IMG/VR virus record: IMGVR_UViG_3300030370_000147
Coordinates: 1-55,854 of that record
Length of the DNA stretch: 55,854 bases
Origin: a virus
Taxonomy: Duplodnaviria; Caudoviricetes
Reading direction: 5' to 3' (one strand)
Shown here: positions 15,501 through 25,100 of the stretch, piece after piece
How positions within the stretch are numbered: the first letter of the stretch is position 1
How the letters are laid out: each line of letters starts with the position of its first letter
The notes under the pieces: model-generated
Told to the model about the DNA's origin: nothing
The model's input: the letters and a program-made list of their open reading frames with translations, nothing else
Databases searched by the model: none
Translations under genes and position numbers: made by a program

Positions 15501-18353
15501 GCGATCCAATTCATCTTGCTCATCCTGCCGCAATTGCTTCTTCGACATCAAAGTCTGACGCCTCTTCTGTGTCTCCGCCTTATTGTAGATGAAGTCATTG
15601 CGCTCTGAAGCATGGACAGCTTGGAGCAGATAGCTGAGAAATCCGTCTGTGGTTCTAGGGAAATCCTTAGGCAGAAGGTCAAGCTCAGCTTCCGTAAGGC
15701 CCTTACCCCATGCTAAAATCTGATCATACATCCCACCCCTACCAACACGGGCGTCTTGATACCTCTTGAGGTAGTCCTCTGTCTGTGTGCCTAACAGCTT
15801 ATACAGCACCTCTGGGTCCATGCCTTTGTTCAACGGAGGACGTAAGCCACGCTTAGCGTCAGGCTCCTGACTCCACCTATCTAGTACCAGCCTATCTAAA
15901 GAAGCTGAGCTACTCTTAGCTTCCTCATACCACCGAGCATATGGTCGCGTGGTGAGAGGATACAGGGGCACAACCTTCTGATCCTTCTCACGAGGTACAA
16001 AGTAGAGAGATCCATCTCGCTCAGGGATACCATCTTGCAATGGCTTGAGAGGAACTTCGTTCTCTCCCCTCTCATAAAACATCTCTAGCTTATTGCGCTG
16101 GACAGTGAGCTCTTCGAACTTAACCTTGAGCACTTCGGATTCATCCTCTGTAGAGACGCGAAGCTTTCTTAGTAGATCGGTCTGCTCTAGGCTAATCACT
16201 CGAAGGGCTTCAATATCCTCAGGATTCATGTTTGCGTAGAACTCTTCATCCTGCAACAGCCTGCTAGTATTGGGCGTGTTGTATAGATCCCTCAACTGCT
16301 GCTCCATCCTCTGCTTGTAAGCAGTGCTTACATCCTCACGGAGTAACTCTTTACGAAGGATCATCTCGGTCTGATGAAACTTTAGGTTGCGACCACCCCG
16401 CCCATACGAGTCTCTAGACAGTGCAATGCCAGTCATCACACCTGCAGAGCTCATGCCACCAGCCAAAACTCCGCCTCTTACAGCAGCTTCAACGCCAACC
16501 TCCCTAAGCTCGGCCCAGGTAGCTGTCCTCCCTGCAAGCTCTTGCTCATCGGCATATTGCTGCATGGCTACGACTCCACCAATGGTCGCACCTTGAGGTA
16601 CGCTGATGCCTGAAGCGATTAGGTGGTGCTTCCACCACTGCATTCCTGCCCCTGTGACATTGTTTGGCGCAATGCTGCGCAGTCCACGAACAAAAGCCAG
16701 GCTTGTTACGCCATCAACCACGAAGTTGGTTAGAAAGACTTTGCTCAAGAAACCATTCTTGGCGTTGGGGTTAGCCTCCGTGCCCCACTCTACTTTTGAA
16801 TCAGGGTTTTCCTGCTGGAACTGCATATAGCCCTCGTAGTCAAGGACCTCTTCTGTTTTAGGGTTGGTGTATGTCTGGAAGTACGGGCTGTCTACATACC
16901 GAGCAGCCGTTGTTGCCGTATGTAAAGTCGCCCCCTCTAAAGCAGTGAGTGCTACGATCCAGGTCGGTCCAATACCCGTCATACTTAGGGCCACACCAGA
17001 TGGAACGAGGAGGCTCATGGTTGGGGCCGCCTCTAGGAATCCCCCCATTGCCTGCTCTGCTTTCTGTTGAAACTCAGCTTCAGTAATCCCCTGCTCGTAC
17101 TGTCGCGTGGTCCCCCTGGTTTCTTCGGCCCGCTTAGCATAGTCCTTTGCAAGTTGGGGATCATTTGAAAGCATAGCCCATGCAGAAAGCAGATCCATTT
17201 CCCCCGCTTCCAGCATATCGGCTACGTATCCCGTCCACTTAGGTACAGGAAACTGGAACCCGCCAGTACCATTTCGTCCATCACCACCATACATCTGCCA
17301 GCCTTCCCAACGGGCAAAAGGTACATTGCCTACAATGCCATCCTTATCCATGTCGAGCATAGTACCATACTCTTCCAGGAAGTACTGCTCAAGACCTTCG
17401 ATGTACGCGTCATCTGTTTGATACTCCGTAGGCAGCATCTTCAGGTACTGTTCGGCTAGGGAATCATACAAGGTCTTCTCCATATACTGAGAGACCTCGT
17501 ACTTCAGCTCAGCCCTAGACTTCATCTGTTTGTTAGGGAACATCATAGACTCGGCAGGAATCTCAGGCGCATCAACAGGGCGGCCTTCATTGTCCCGCCA
17601 GTACAGCATACCCTTGTAATTCTTCGCGTTGTTTTCAGCACTGCCTTCGTGGAACATACTGATGTTCATCTGCTGCAGGATATCAGGGCTTTGCATAGCC
17701 AAGTCCCCGATGGCACCGAACCCTTCAAACGCAGGGGTGTTTCCAAAGACTACCTGCTGCATGATGTCATTAACCTGTTGGCCCTGCTCTTCATTCCAAT
17801 TGAAAAGCTTTTGGCTGCGCGAAATCACATCGACCCCAGCAATCTCAGCTAGACTGTAAAAAGCCTCTGGACTTTTTAGAGCCTGCTCGTAGGCATTGAC
17901 ATCCTCAAGCGATCCCGCAATGACATCAGCCTGATTAAATTTCCGCGAATCAAACGGAGAGTCTACTAAAAGCTGATGAGCTGACTGAGCAGCATCTCTC
18001 CTTCGACCCTCGTAGTTCGGACCTTCGTAATTAAGACCAGGTACATCCTGCTCGATAGACCCTGGATCCAATGTGGAAGGAGAGTCCAAAGAAGTTGCCG
18101 CTTCTACCGAAGGAGGCGGAGAAAGTTGTGGGGTCCCCCCAACTGCGGTCTCGTCTTTTTTTTTTAAAGGATCGGACACACCGTAATCAATCTGTCCTTG
18201 ATACACTGGGTATTGCTCCTCAATAGATCGAGCTACCTCCTCATCACTCATGTTATCATAAGTACCAGGGCTTTGCTGCCTAATTTGAGCAGCAAAATCT
18301 TGGACGTTGTAGAGTGTCGATGGTCCTGTGACCCCTGTTGATTCTGTAATCAT
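12549..18353 (-). CDS. large internal virion/ejection protein with LPD38-like C-terminal domain
   Basis: 1934 aa; FSVDFNRKG, FFNPSAEGLD, RNFVIMLP, FPKPYAVGFF, QPIVDLATN motifs; last gene of the ejection cluster. Confidence 0.7.
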   Translation of the reverse strand: MITESTGVTGPSTLYNVQDFAAQIRQQSPGTYDNMSDEEVARSIEEQYPVYQGQIDYGVSDPLKKKDETAVGGTPQLSPPPSVEAATSLDSPSTLDPGSIEQDVPGLNYEGPNYEGRRRDAAQSAHQLLVDSPFDSRKFNQADVIAGSLEDVNAYEQALKSPEAFYSLAEIAGVDVISRSQKLFNWNEEQGQQVNDIMQQVVFGNTPAFEGFGAIGDLAMQSPDILQQMNISMFHEGSAENNAKNYKGMLYWRDNEGRPVDAPEIPAESMMFPNKQMKSRAELKYEVSQYMEKTLYDSLAEQYLKMLPTEYQTDDAYIEGLEQYFLEEYGTMLDMDKDGIVGNVPFARWEGWQMYGGDGRNGTGGFQFPVPKWTGYVADMLEAGEMDLLSAWAMLSNDPQLAKDYAKRAEETRGTTRQYEQGITEAEFQQKAEQAMGGFLEAAPTMSLLVPSGVALSMTGIGPTWIVALTALEGATLHTATTAARYVDSPYFQTYTNPKTEEVLDYEGYMQFQQENPDSKVEWGTEANPNAKNGFLSKVFLTNFVVDGVTSLAFVRGLRSIAPNNVTGAGMQWWKHHLIASGISVPQGATIGGVVAMQQYADEQELAGRTATWAELREVGVEAAVRGGVLAGGMSSAGVMTGIALSRDSYGRGGRNLKFHQTEMILRKELLREDVSTAYKQRMEQQLRDLYNTPNTSRLLQDEEFYANMNPEDIEALRVISLEQTDLLRKLRVSTEDESEVLKVKFEELTVQRNKLEMFYERGENEVPLKPLQDGIPERDGSLYFVPREKDQKVVPLYPLTTRPYARWYEEAKSSSASLDRLVLDRWSQEPDAKRGLRPPLNKGMDPEVLYKLLGTQTEDYLKRYQDARVGRGGMYDQILAWGKGLTEAELDLLPKDFPRTTDGFLSYLLQAVHASERNDFIYNKAETQKRRQTLMSKKQLRQDEQDELDRINSRSGSGLTDEAAAQFLKALPDELLTSFEELNKVLRKDFDSNWEIMYEGGFLSEQAYVDGKARFKNYIQLYGSEVDSDGVPVSTGAYPNVPKQFSERYPYRESMGREGQITDVIGRMVQQHERNYILAAKNKVMQSYWDFFNEYPDSSYRTFTKESYEKHMQYGFKDDPVGPIRDVKGNLAPNVLLSFKDGQEHYIMFLDKEVSKTNRDRYQMYRDARSRRMGNRPMFDRVERARDEDMVTIPGHRFVDEITNASPREANSMLGMTKSFFQFTSKFRKTFTSYNPLFVTYAPVRDIVFGYHNAYVNTQKQFGWGLTDAKGNQLNSSTVLADVTKNIPMAMYAVARDEFNTTGLFRGVKDPNLSRKHHKYWNEAKQDGLVTGYGHLDDMRKIQQQLDRETDPSKRYDKARSAFDRANFFKMIEAMNNTAENGVRFASYMALRDQGVSREYATAFGRDFSVDFNRKGSMTDQLGQWYWFFNPSAEGLDNFARMVTAKKPELDMDGQPIKNRRQIMQKMTAAGVAFGAFLTEWNMLFGDVDETGIPYYDQLDHTTLQRNFVIMLPGTDGEMLKFPKPYAVGFFTDMGRELVETMNGRQSMLEAGGDIVTGIKHNFSPWMITDHSYAEDAARSPSPDLSKEMLDVVLPSSLQPIVDLATNEMYNGMPIEPEYLSKMSNAERSRMAPRPVREFFQMLNVKTGGDDYRSGGVDMNPDYLWYPIQSYMGGVYMTFNSVGNWYSTKKTIASGQGALQAELDAVNEQINAEQFYIHMHTGEYVKESDIPAKEKSLYINQEQEVRGGAELIRQIVETPSRLLNANNTPVVRYYYEEAPNNQIAQRYYETLERLVPQRNQITDFLDWEKYESMTEPSRDAVDGRVFSDDADVFDRNEAYIMAGLVQQELNSVMGGGEFSLKRDLSGMNRTGMGTIRAGIKRQINELDYTWNSPDSTRNKYYKLNQELAAHDARTETLMILFLRYADQYLKPDP

Positions 18354-18356
18354 CCT

Positions 18357-20054
18357 TTAATTTCTACTTCCACTTCCTGGTCGTCCTTGATTTGGTGGTC
18401 GCACACCCAGTGGGTTAGGGTCTACCAAACCTAGCAACTGCTCCAAAGAACTTGGTGGGTTAGCGTTTAACAATGCCTGCTGAACGTTAGACAAAATTTG
18501 TGTTTCACTTGGTGTACGTTTGGTCTGATCCATAGAGATTGCAACAGGTGTTGTGTGACCTACAGGCTGGACCATCAAGATGTCATTGCGATCATCAATC
18601 ACTCCTATTCCTGACACCTCAATGTTGGCATACGGATTACCCCTCACCATCTGATCAATCAAGGAGACTAGAGTACCGTCGGCGGGATTGGCGGCACCTT
18701 TGGAAAAGTTTCCAGTCAACTCATTAAACTTGACATATTTTTTTTGGATCCAAAACGCAGCACCTCTAGCGAACTCAGGCTTTAAGAAGTCACCCTTTAT
18801 TGTTTGGATTCCTTGGCTGCCCAAAGATTGGATAGCCAGCATTCGAAGTTGACCAATAGGCTGCTGCCTGTTCACATCATTGTTTGACGAGAAATTCAAC
18901 ACCTCTGTGTTACTCCAGTACTGACTGGCCTGTACATCAGTCAGCTCAGAAGGGAATGCTGCTTCGTCGTAAAGGGTTTCCAAGGGTCTACCTGATCCAC
19001 TACCCTGCGGAAGTCTATAGCGGACCATGGGCTCGAAGACCTCATTCCATTCCTTCTTCAGCTCCTGCTTAATGGTGGTGGTCAGCGTTGGATAGTCCTC
19101 TTGTGCCTTGGAATCCAGGTCAAACATCTCAACCAGTACCTCTGGTGGCATCTGTGCTGCGATTTGATTGTACCTACTACTGTCAGGGTTACGCATGTCC
19201 ATCATTATGCGCTCAGATGCAGCCAACCGCCACTCGTATGATTCAGACTCACGATTGCTTGTCGCAAAATCCATAGGGTCTTGCCAGTGCCGACTCAATT
19301 TAGCAGTGAGGGCGTCCCAGTCGTATTCATTTCTACGGCCAGAGTAGCTATTTGCAATATCTAGAGCAATCTCTTCGTACTGACGGGGTGCAACACGCAT
19401 GGTGCTGGGGGTAAACCAACTCTCGTCATTGAAGTGCTGCCCCATACGCCCATCAATCTCTGTTGCACTTACTGGTTGCCCTGTCGTAGGGTCCACGTCG
19501 AAGCCCATGACACTGAACGAACCATCAGGGTTGTATACGTTGTGCGCATTTTGCAGCAACCCTTTTGTCTGGTAGTTCCATTTCTCTTGATACTCCTGCA
19601 TGCTGGCGTTCAGCCTACGGTCAGCAGGGAGTGACGACTGCATGGTGCTGTAAGCTTCAGAATTGGGGTCGATATACCCAGGGTATTCCTGAGCCTTGTC
19701 GATCATGCCCTGATTTACTTTGTACTTGTCTACAGAACTGACAAAGCTTTCATACTTCATCTTCATTGCCCCTGGAGCTACGCTTGGATCCATGCGTAAG
19801 ATCGCAGGGACCTCTTCAGTAATGAAACGATTATATGCCTCTGTGACAAAGGGCTTATAGAATGGGTGGATGTCCTGCTCAATACCTCCTAACTGAGCCA
19901 AAGTCTTAGACCGCGCATCATTTGCTGCCTTCAACGCATCGGCCTGTTGCTTTCGCCCAGCTGCATACGCCTTATTACGAGCAAGGTATGCCTGGGGGAT
20001 CATCTCCATCCCCTTAGTCAGGTCAGGTATAGCAATCTTTCCTGTATACTTCAT
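18357..20054 (-). CDS. putative internal virion (ejection) protein
   Basis: 565 aa, helical N-terminus, lies between two other ejection-type genes. Confidence 0.6.
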   Translation of the reverse strand: MKYTGKIAIPDLTKGMEMIPQAYLARNKAYAAGRKQQADALKAANDARSKTLAQLGGIEQDIHPFYKPFVTEAYNRFITEEVPAILRMDPSVAPGAMKMKYESFVSSVDKYKVNQGMIDKAQEYPGYIDPNSEAYSTMQSSLPADRRLNASMQEYQEKWNYQTKGLLQNAHNVYNPDGSFSVMGFDVDPTTGQPVSATEIDGRMGQHFNDESWFTPSTMRVAPRQYEEIALDIANSYSGRRNEYDWDALTAKLSRHWQDPMDFATSNRESESYEWRLAASERIMMDMRNPDSSRYNQIAAQMPPEVLVEMFDLDSKAQEDYPTLTTTIKQELKKEWNEVFEPMVRYRLPQGSGSGRPLETLYDEAAFPSELTDVQASQYWSNTEVLNFSSNNDVNRQQPIGQLRMLAIQSLGSQGIQTIKGDFLKPEFARGAAFWIQKKYVKFNELTGNFSKGAANPADGTLVSLIDQMVRGNPYANIEVSGIGVIDDRNDILMVQPVGHTTPVAISMDQTKRTPSETQILSNVQQALLNANPPSSLEQLLGLVDPNPLGVRPPNQGRPGSGSRN

Positions 20055-21202
20055 GCCTCTTGGAATTGCGGTAAGGAGAAGAGCATGCTCATATAGTTCA
20101 GCAGCCCCTGGGCGTCCCGTCCTTCCACAAAGTCTTCGATCTTATCTGTCTGCTCTGGGTTAAACACGATCTCCCCTCCAGTCAACTCACCTTCTTTCTG
20201 TCCGTTCTCCTCGTCGATGATTGCCTTCTTGTTGGTGTCGTGGCTAAACTCCCCTTCAGTCACACCTCCACCTTCGGCGATATAGCCACCCTTCTCCTTG
20301 CGGTAATACTGTCCTAGGCCTAATTGAGATTGATTAGTGAAGTCATCGACGTCTCCCAAGTCTTCCATGGGGTACCCACCAAATGGGGCACCATAACCAT
20401 ATTCAGGATTAGGCGCTCCAAACATCTCACCAAGGTTATAACTCTCCCCTTGCATAAAGCCTTCAGCACCACTCATGTCCACTGTGCCAGGGCGAATGTC
20501 GGCAGGGGCATTTTGAAACGCTGACTTCAACCTCATAGCGCCATAGTTTGGCGAATCCACATTGTCGCCGCCTCCGCCGCCACCGCCGCCGCCCTGACGC
20601 TGGGCTCTTGACATGGCCCGCTGATCAGGCGTACCTGAAGCAGCAATCAGTGAACTACTGAGGGTGGTGCCTGCTGCTGCAAACTGTTCCGCTGCCGCTG
20701 CCTTACTACCGAAGTAAGCGTCCATGCCCGTATTGATGCGGGCTAGGTCACGCTCCCTGGTGTCAGCGATATTGAACTCCATGCCGCGCTTAGTGTCTTC
20801 AAGAGCTTCAGCTCTCTTAGTAAGCCCCGCTTCACCCTGAAGTTTCATAAGCGCACCCTCTAGCCGAGCGTCACGCTTACCCTTCATTATGTCTTTGACC
20901 TTACCAATAGCAGCCATCTCCTCACGGGAGTCGCCGATGCCTGCCATCATCTGTGAGGCGATCTCATCTGCGTCTGCTACACCAGCTTTGGATAGCTCCT
21001 CGGCAATCTGATAGTGGGTGTCCCGTTGCTTATAGCTCTGCTGGCTAAGACCTACGTCATTAGCAATATTAGTCAGGCGGTTGATGGAGACATCATAATC
21101 TGCCTCCCCGCCAGCTGCCAAAGCTTCACCTTCTTCGCCAATCTTTTGATTCTCCTTGTACCCTAAGTACTGACCTACTGCAAATGGTATTAACTGCCAC
21201 AT
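20051..21202 (-). CDS. putative internal virion/pilot protein
   Basis: Hydrophobic N-terminus, Ala/Gln/Gly-rich coiled coil, Gly9 linker, GEFSH...ELTGGE C-terminal domain. Confidence 0.6.
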   Translation of the reverse strand: MWQLIPFAVGQYLGYKENQKIGEEGEALAAGGEADYDVSINRLTNIANDVGLSQQSYKQRDTHYQIAEELSKAGVADADEIASQMMAGIGDSREEMAAIGKVKDIMKGKRDARLEGALMKLQGEAGLTKRAEALEDTKRGMEFNIADTRERDLARINTGMDAYFGSKAAAAEQFAAAGTTLSSSLIAASGTPDQRAMSRAQRQGGGGGGGGGDNVDSPNYGAMRLKSAFQNAPADIRPGTVDMSGAEGFMQGESYNLGEMFGAPNPEYGYGAPFGGYPMEDLGDVDDFTNQSQLGLGQYYRKEKGGYIAEGGGVTEGEFSHDTNKKAIIDEENGQKEGELTGGEIVFNPEQTDKIEDFVEGRDAQGLLNYMSMLFSLPQFQEA

Positions 21203-21210
21203 TATTATTA

Positions 21211-21218
21211 CAAAAGTA
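21211..21218 (-). promoter_or_regulatory. -7 promoter box TACTTTTG
   Basis: 8 nt upstream of ATG 21202. Confidence 0.6.
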
Positions 21219-21223
21219 AATGA

Positions 21224-22159
21224 TTATTGTCTACGACGCCTTTGGTTCCTTGACCGCTGTGGCCTTGCAGCCGTTTCGCGATGGTCATAGTCTGTTGCTT
21301 CATACTCTAGGTTTAAAGCATATAACTCATAGTCAGCTGCACCCAACGTAAGAACTGCATTAACAGTATGTCCGCGTGCCTGCTCCCCATTGATATTGCC
21401 TGGAGTCACGGAGTACAGGTAAGTATTACCCACTCCAGGTAGTGTGATCTCGCCGCCAGATAGGTATATAACATTTGTACCTATACTTTCCTGATCAGCT
21501 AAAGGAGTCAAAGCCAAGCCTGTAGGGATTCCAGCGTAAGTCTGGATGGCAATGGGACTGGCGACATTAAACTGAAAGTATGTCGTCGCGGTCGAGCCAT
21601 CAGGGTTGTCCTGAATATTGGCCAAGAAATACTTTGTGTCCCCATCCTGATCGAAGTTGTATGCCAGGCCGCCATCAATGAACTGAATAGAAACTGTGTT
21701 TACACCAACGCTAAACTGATTGTCCTGCACCACACCCATCAGCTTGACATTTGCTCCTGTCAAACGAGTGTCGAATCCAACGCTGCCATAGAGTATGCCG
21801 CCCCGTTCCGTAAGTATAGAAGCAGATGGGTTGACCGCCTGGTCAGCAACAGTGCTATCGTTTACAGTTAAGACTGACAAGCCTTGTACATTATTGGTTG
21901 ACTCTAATGAAAAAGATTTATAGATCTTGTTTCTACTAGGCTTGTCATTGAATGACACTGCAATAGAACTGCCGCCAACCACCCCATAAAAGCTCGTTCG
22001 TGCAGCGCCCTCTACGTTGTGCTCCCAGATCGGCTGCCGTTCAAAAACTTGGTTGAAGCTAAAAAACAGGCGATCAATGAAAGCATAACAGTAGCTGTAA
22101 AAGCTATACCGTGTCTTCCAGAATCCCCCCTTATGGCTAAATGCTATTGTCCTAGGCAT
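21224..22159 (-). CDS. tail stabilisation protein, C-terminal part (separate gene)
   Basis: TIAFS..GFWKTRYSF, FNDKPSRNKIYKSFSLES, ARGH, ELYALN resemble the end of P22 gp10/crAss-muzzle-like proteins; TAATG coupled. Confidence 0.6.
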   Translation of the reverse strand: MPRTIAFSHKGGFWKTRYSFYSYCYAFIDRLFFSFNQVFERQPIWEHNVEGAARTSFYGVVGGSSIAVSFNDKPSRNKIYKSFSLESTNNVQGLSVLTVNDSTVADQAVNPSASILTERGGILYGSVGFDTRLTGANVKLMGVVQDNQFSVGVNTVSIQFIDGGLAYNFDQDGDTKYFLANIQDNPDGSTATTYFQFNVASPIAIQTYAGIPTGLALTPLADQESIGTNVIYLSGGEITLPGVGNTYLYSVTPGNINGEQARGHTVNAVLTLGAADYELYALNLEYEATDYDHRETAARPQRSRNQRRRRQ

Positions 22160-25100
22160 TATAATGGATTATTGTTAATAACGCTTTGCACGACGGATAA
22201 GAGTTCTTCTGTAGACAGCGGACGAGTAAGCTGGGCTCCAAAGTTCTGGAATAGCGGGATTGCAAACTGACTTATATATCCACCATCAAGTTTAGTTGAC
22301 TTTGCAATCCAATCACCATAAGGCCCAGAAAGATCTAGTGGGCCCTTTTTTACCAGAGGCAAGACCTGGCCGTTGCCGAAGACCATCTCCCAAAAGCTGA
22401 GACCAGTTTCTTCATCCACCGCGCTAAATTGTTCATAAATAGCGAAGATGTCGCCTGGATTATACTGAGTAGGCGGAGGAAAATCAAGGTGCGTAACCCC
22501 TAGATCAGAGTAATTTTCTGCAGTTGCAGCAGTATTATTGCCGTTTGGCCCATTCTGAAACCACAGGACACCAAGCATTATAGTTTGGGTAATCGATGGG
22601 CCTGAAGCAAACGGCTCTGGGTTGAGAACCGCAACCCCAGCCCTTCCAGCGAAGTAATCATCACGATACGTCTGGTAAGGGTCTGAAGAGGTAAGCATAT
22701 TGTAAGTATTCACAACCGCAGACCGTCCACCCGAATCAGAAGCTGTTCCGCCATAAAATTCTCCTGGTGTCTCATAGACGCTTAAGATGTCAAGGACATC
22801 GGTTACTCCAAAAACCCCATCAGGCGAGTTTAGAGCGCCAAGGTCAAGCGGGTTAAACAAATTTCCTAACCCTCTCACTAACTCCGAGTTTCCCCTAGTG
22901 GGAATATTCTGATTTCCTCGAATGCTGAATACATCATCCGTAGCTCCCGATTGAACAGCAACTTCTTTTACAACATCAGCTACAACCTTGATGATATAGT
23001 CTTCCGTGATCTCAGCATCGTTGCCACCACCAAGACCTAGGTTTTCCACGATAAACTGAATAGTCTCAAGACTAAAGGAACGCTGTACATCGTCAAAACC
23101 TAAGACGCCATCACCAGCAATGGTAGATACAGTTGTAGACTCAAGCTGACCAGATGTGACATCAGGTATAAACGTTGCTGCACCTGGAGCAAAGCTACTA
23201 GGAGCGTCACTTAAAGCCTGGACTTGATCAGCCAGTACATCCACCTGCCCCCGTAGCGTTGCTGCTGTGTCAACCAACTTTGCAACAGCGGAACTAATGT
23301 CGATAGAGTTTAAGTTGAGCAGTGGCGTTATGCTATCGCCGACATTACCGACTAGAGTCTTAAGCTGCGTTAGACTGTTAATCTCTGGACCACCCAAGGG
23401 GTAATCGGTTTCCTGAAAGCTGGTCAGTCCTGAAACAGCTACATCCGTTTTCAACTTAGAGACGAAGTTGATTTGAATAGGCGCCCCCGCCATCATCACC
23501 GTACTCATATAATCCTGCAGCGCTTCGTTTGCTACAACTGTAGCGTTCAACAGGACAGCAAGATTCGGCTCGGTGGCTAGTCCAGCGGCAGCCAACTGAT
23601 CTGACACATCAGCTACTGTACCGTCTATACCTGCAACGAGCTGTACAATCTGATCCTCTGCGCCTGTTTTTAGGCCTACAATTATCTCCTTTACTGTGTC
23701 TCTTAAAGCCAGGGATCGCACCTCATAGGCAATCTTTAAAGGAACGCCAGGTATATTAACATTCGGATTTACAATTAGGTTGTTGTCTAGGTAAGCTTCG
23801 TAATCATTCTGCTCAGGGATACCTGGACCGTTGTACGTAAGACCTGAAACAAAATCAATAGCTTCATTGACACTATTGATGAGACCAGCATTGGCTTTAA
23901 AATTACCGAGGTAAGCGCCCTCCCCGTTGGTCACGGTGAAGTCCCCTAAGGTTCCTGCAACTCCATCAGTAAGGACCCCCTTTGTACTTACGCTTACCCC
24001 CGTGGAGGTCGATGATGTAGCGCCTTCCCAAGATGTAAGCTCATACGGAGGGTCAAACCCATTAGGGCTGTTGCCATTAAAGTAATCTATAATACGGTCT
24101 TTATTGAAGTCTGCAACGCTGACTGTTCCAGGAGGATTCGTCGGCGGGAAAGGGTCGGCATCCGTTGGGGCCACGCCGTCTGGTGCGGTGCCACCTGTGT
24201 CAACCACCTCCTCCACCAAGTCTTCCATGGGACCACCGTAAGAATCATCCCATTCAGTAATCCCATCGCCTTCCTCATTAGGAGTAAATCCGCCATCTGG
24301 AAAGTCGCTGAGTAATTCTATGTTTGGCTGTGTATATGGTGCATAAGCGCTCTGGTTGATCACATTGGTGGTCATTACCGTTATGATGTACTCATCATTG
24401 AGGGGGTCGTAACCACTAACAACACGCACTAAATCGCCATAACCGTACTCCTCAAAAGTATCGACGAAGTATGCGTTCATACCTGCATCAGAGATGACTT
24501 CGACACCCTTTTTAGGATTGTACCGATAGACCTGCTTCTTTGTCTTGTGGGCAAAGTATACACTGTCGTCAACCTTAATGACACTCTCTCTATTGTTGTC
24601 CGCCCCTGCGCTGCTAGGCATCATCTGTTGATTGCCAACAACTTTACTGGTAGCAATTAGGCTTTCTGCTCCAAGGACATCACTAATAATCTGCCTGTTT
24701 ACAGGGAGCATGCTCACCTTGTCCTCTTGTACCACAAACAAAGAGTCGTTGTAGTTTAAGAGCGCATTGATGTTTCCAAACTCGTTGGGCAGATCTTTAA
24801 ATGGTGCTAGATAAGGATTGAATACGGTGAACCTCAAGCGACGAACACTGTAGTTGTTCTCGTCACTGAATGTGACACTTGAAAATCGGCGGACTTGGGC
24901 AGCGTCAGGCTTGTACCTTTTTACTTTACCTAATCCATTGACGTCACAGCCTGGAAAGGTGTCGTTGAAAGTGTCGGTCTCAAGATAGACACTGCGAAAC
25001 CGTGGCTGCGTGGGAAACGTATTGGCCTCTCCGAAAGCATCTACATCAGGTTGAATGATGTTTATGAAATTACCGTCTTGGTAGTCATTGATGTTAACGG

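Noticed and set aside
12549-18353. Virion RNA polymerase
   Set aside because: No DxDGD/DFDID catalytic motif; DMDKDG looks EF-hand-like; the C-terminus fits LPD38
20566-20594. GCC/CCG microsatellite
   Set aside because: Encodes a Gly9 linker with mixed codons; no sign of a regulatory role
22159-24400. Intein or self-splicing intron explaining the nozzle insertion
   Set aside because: No C/S...HN splice junctions, LAGLIDADG or HNH motifs; the insertion is open coding sequence ending in a coupled stop-start
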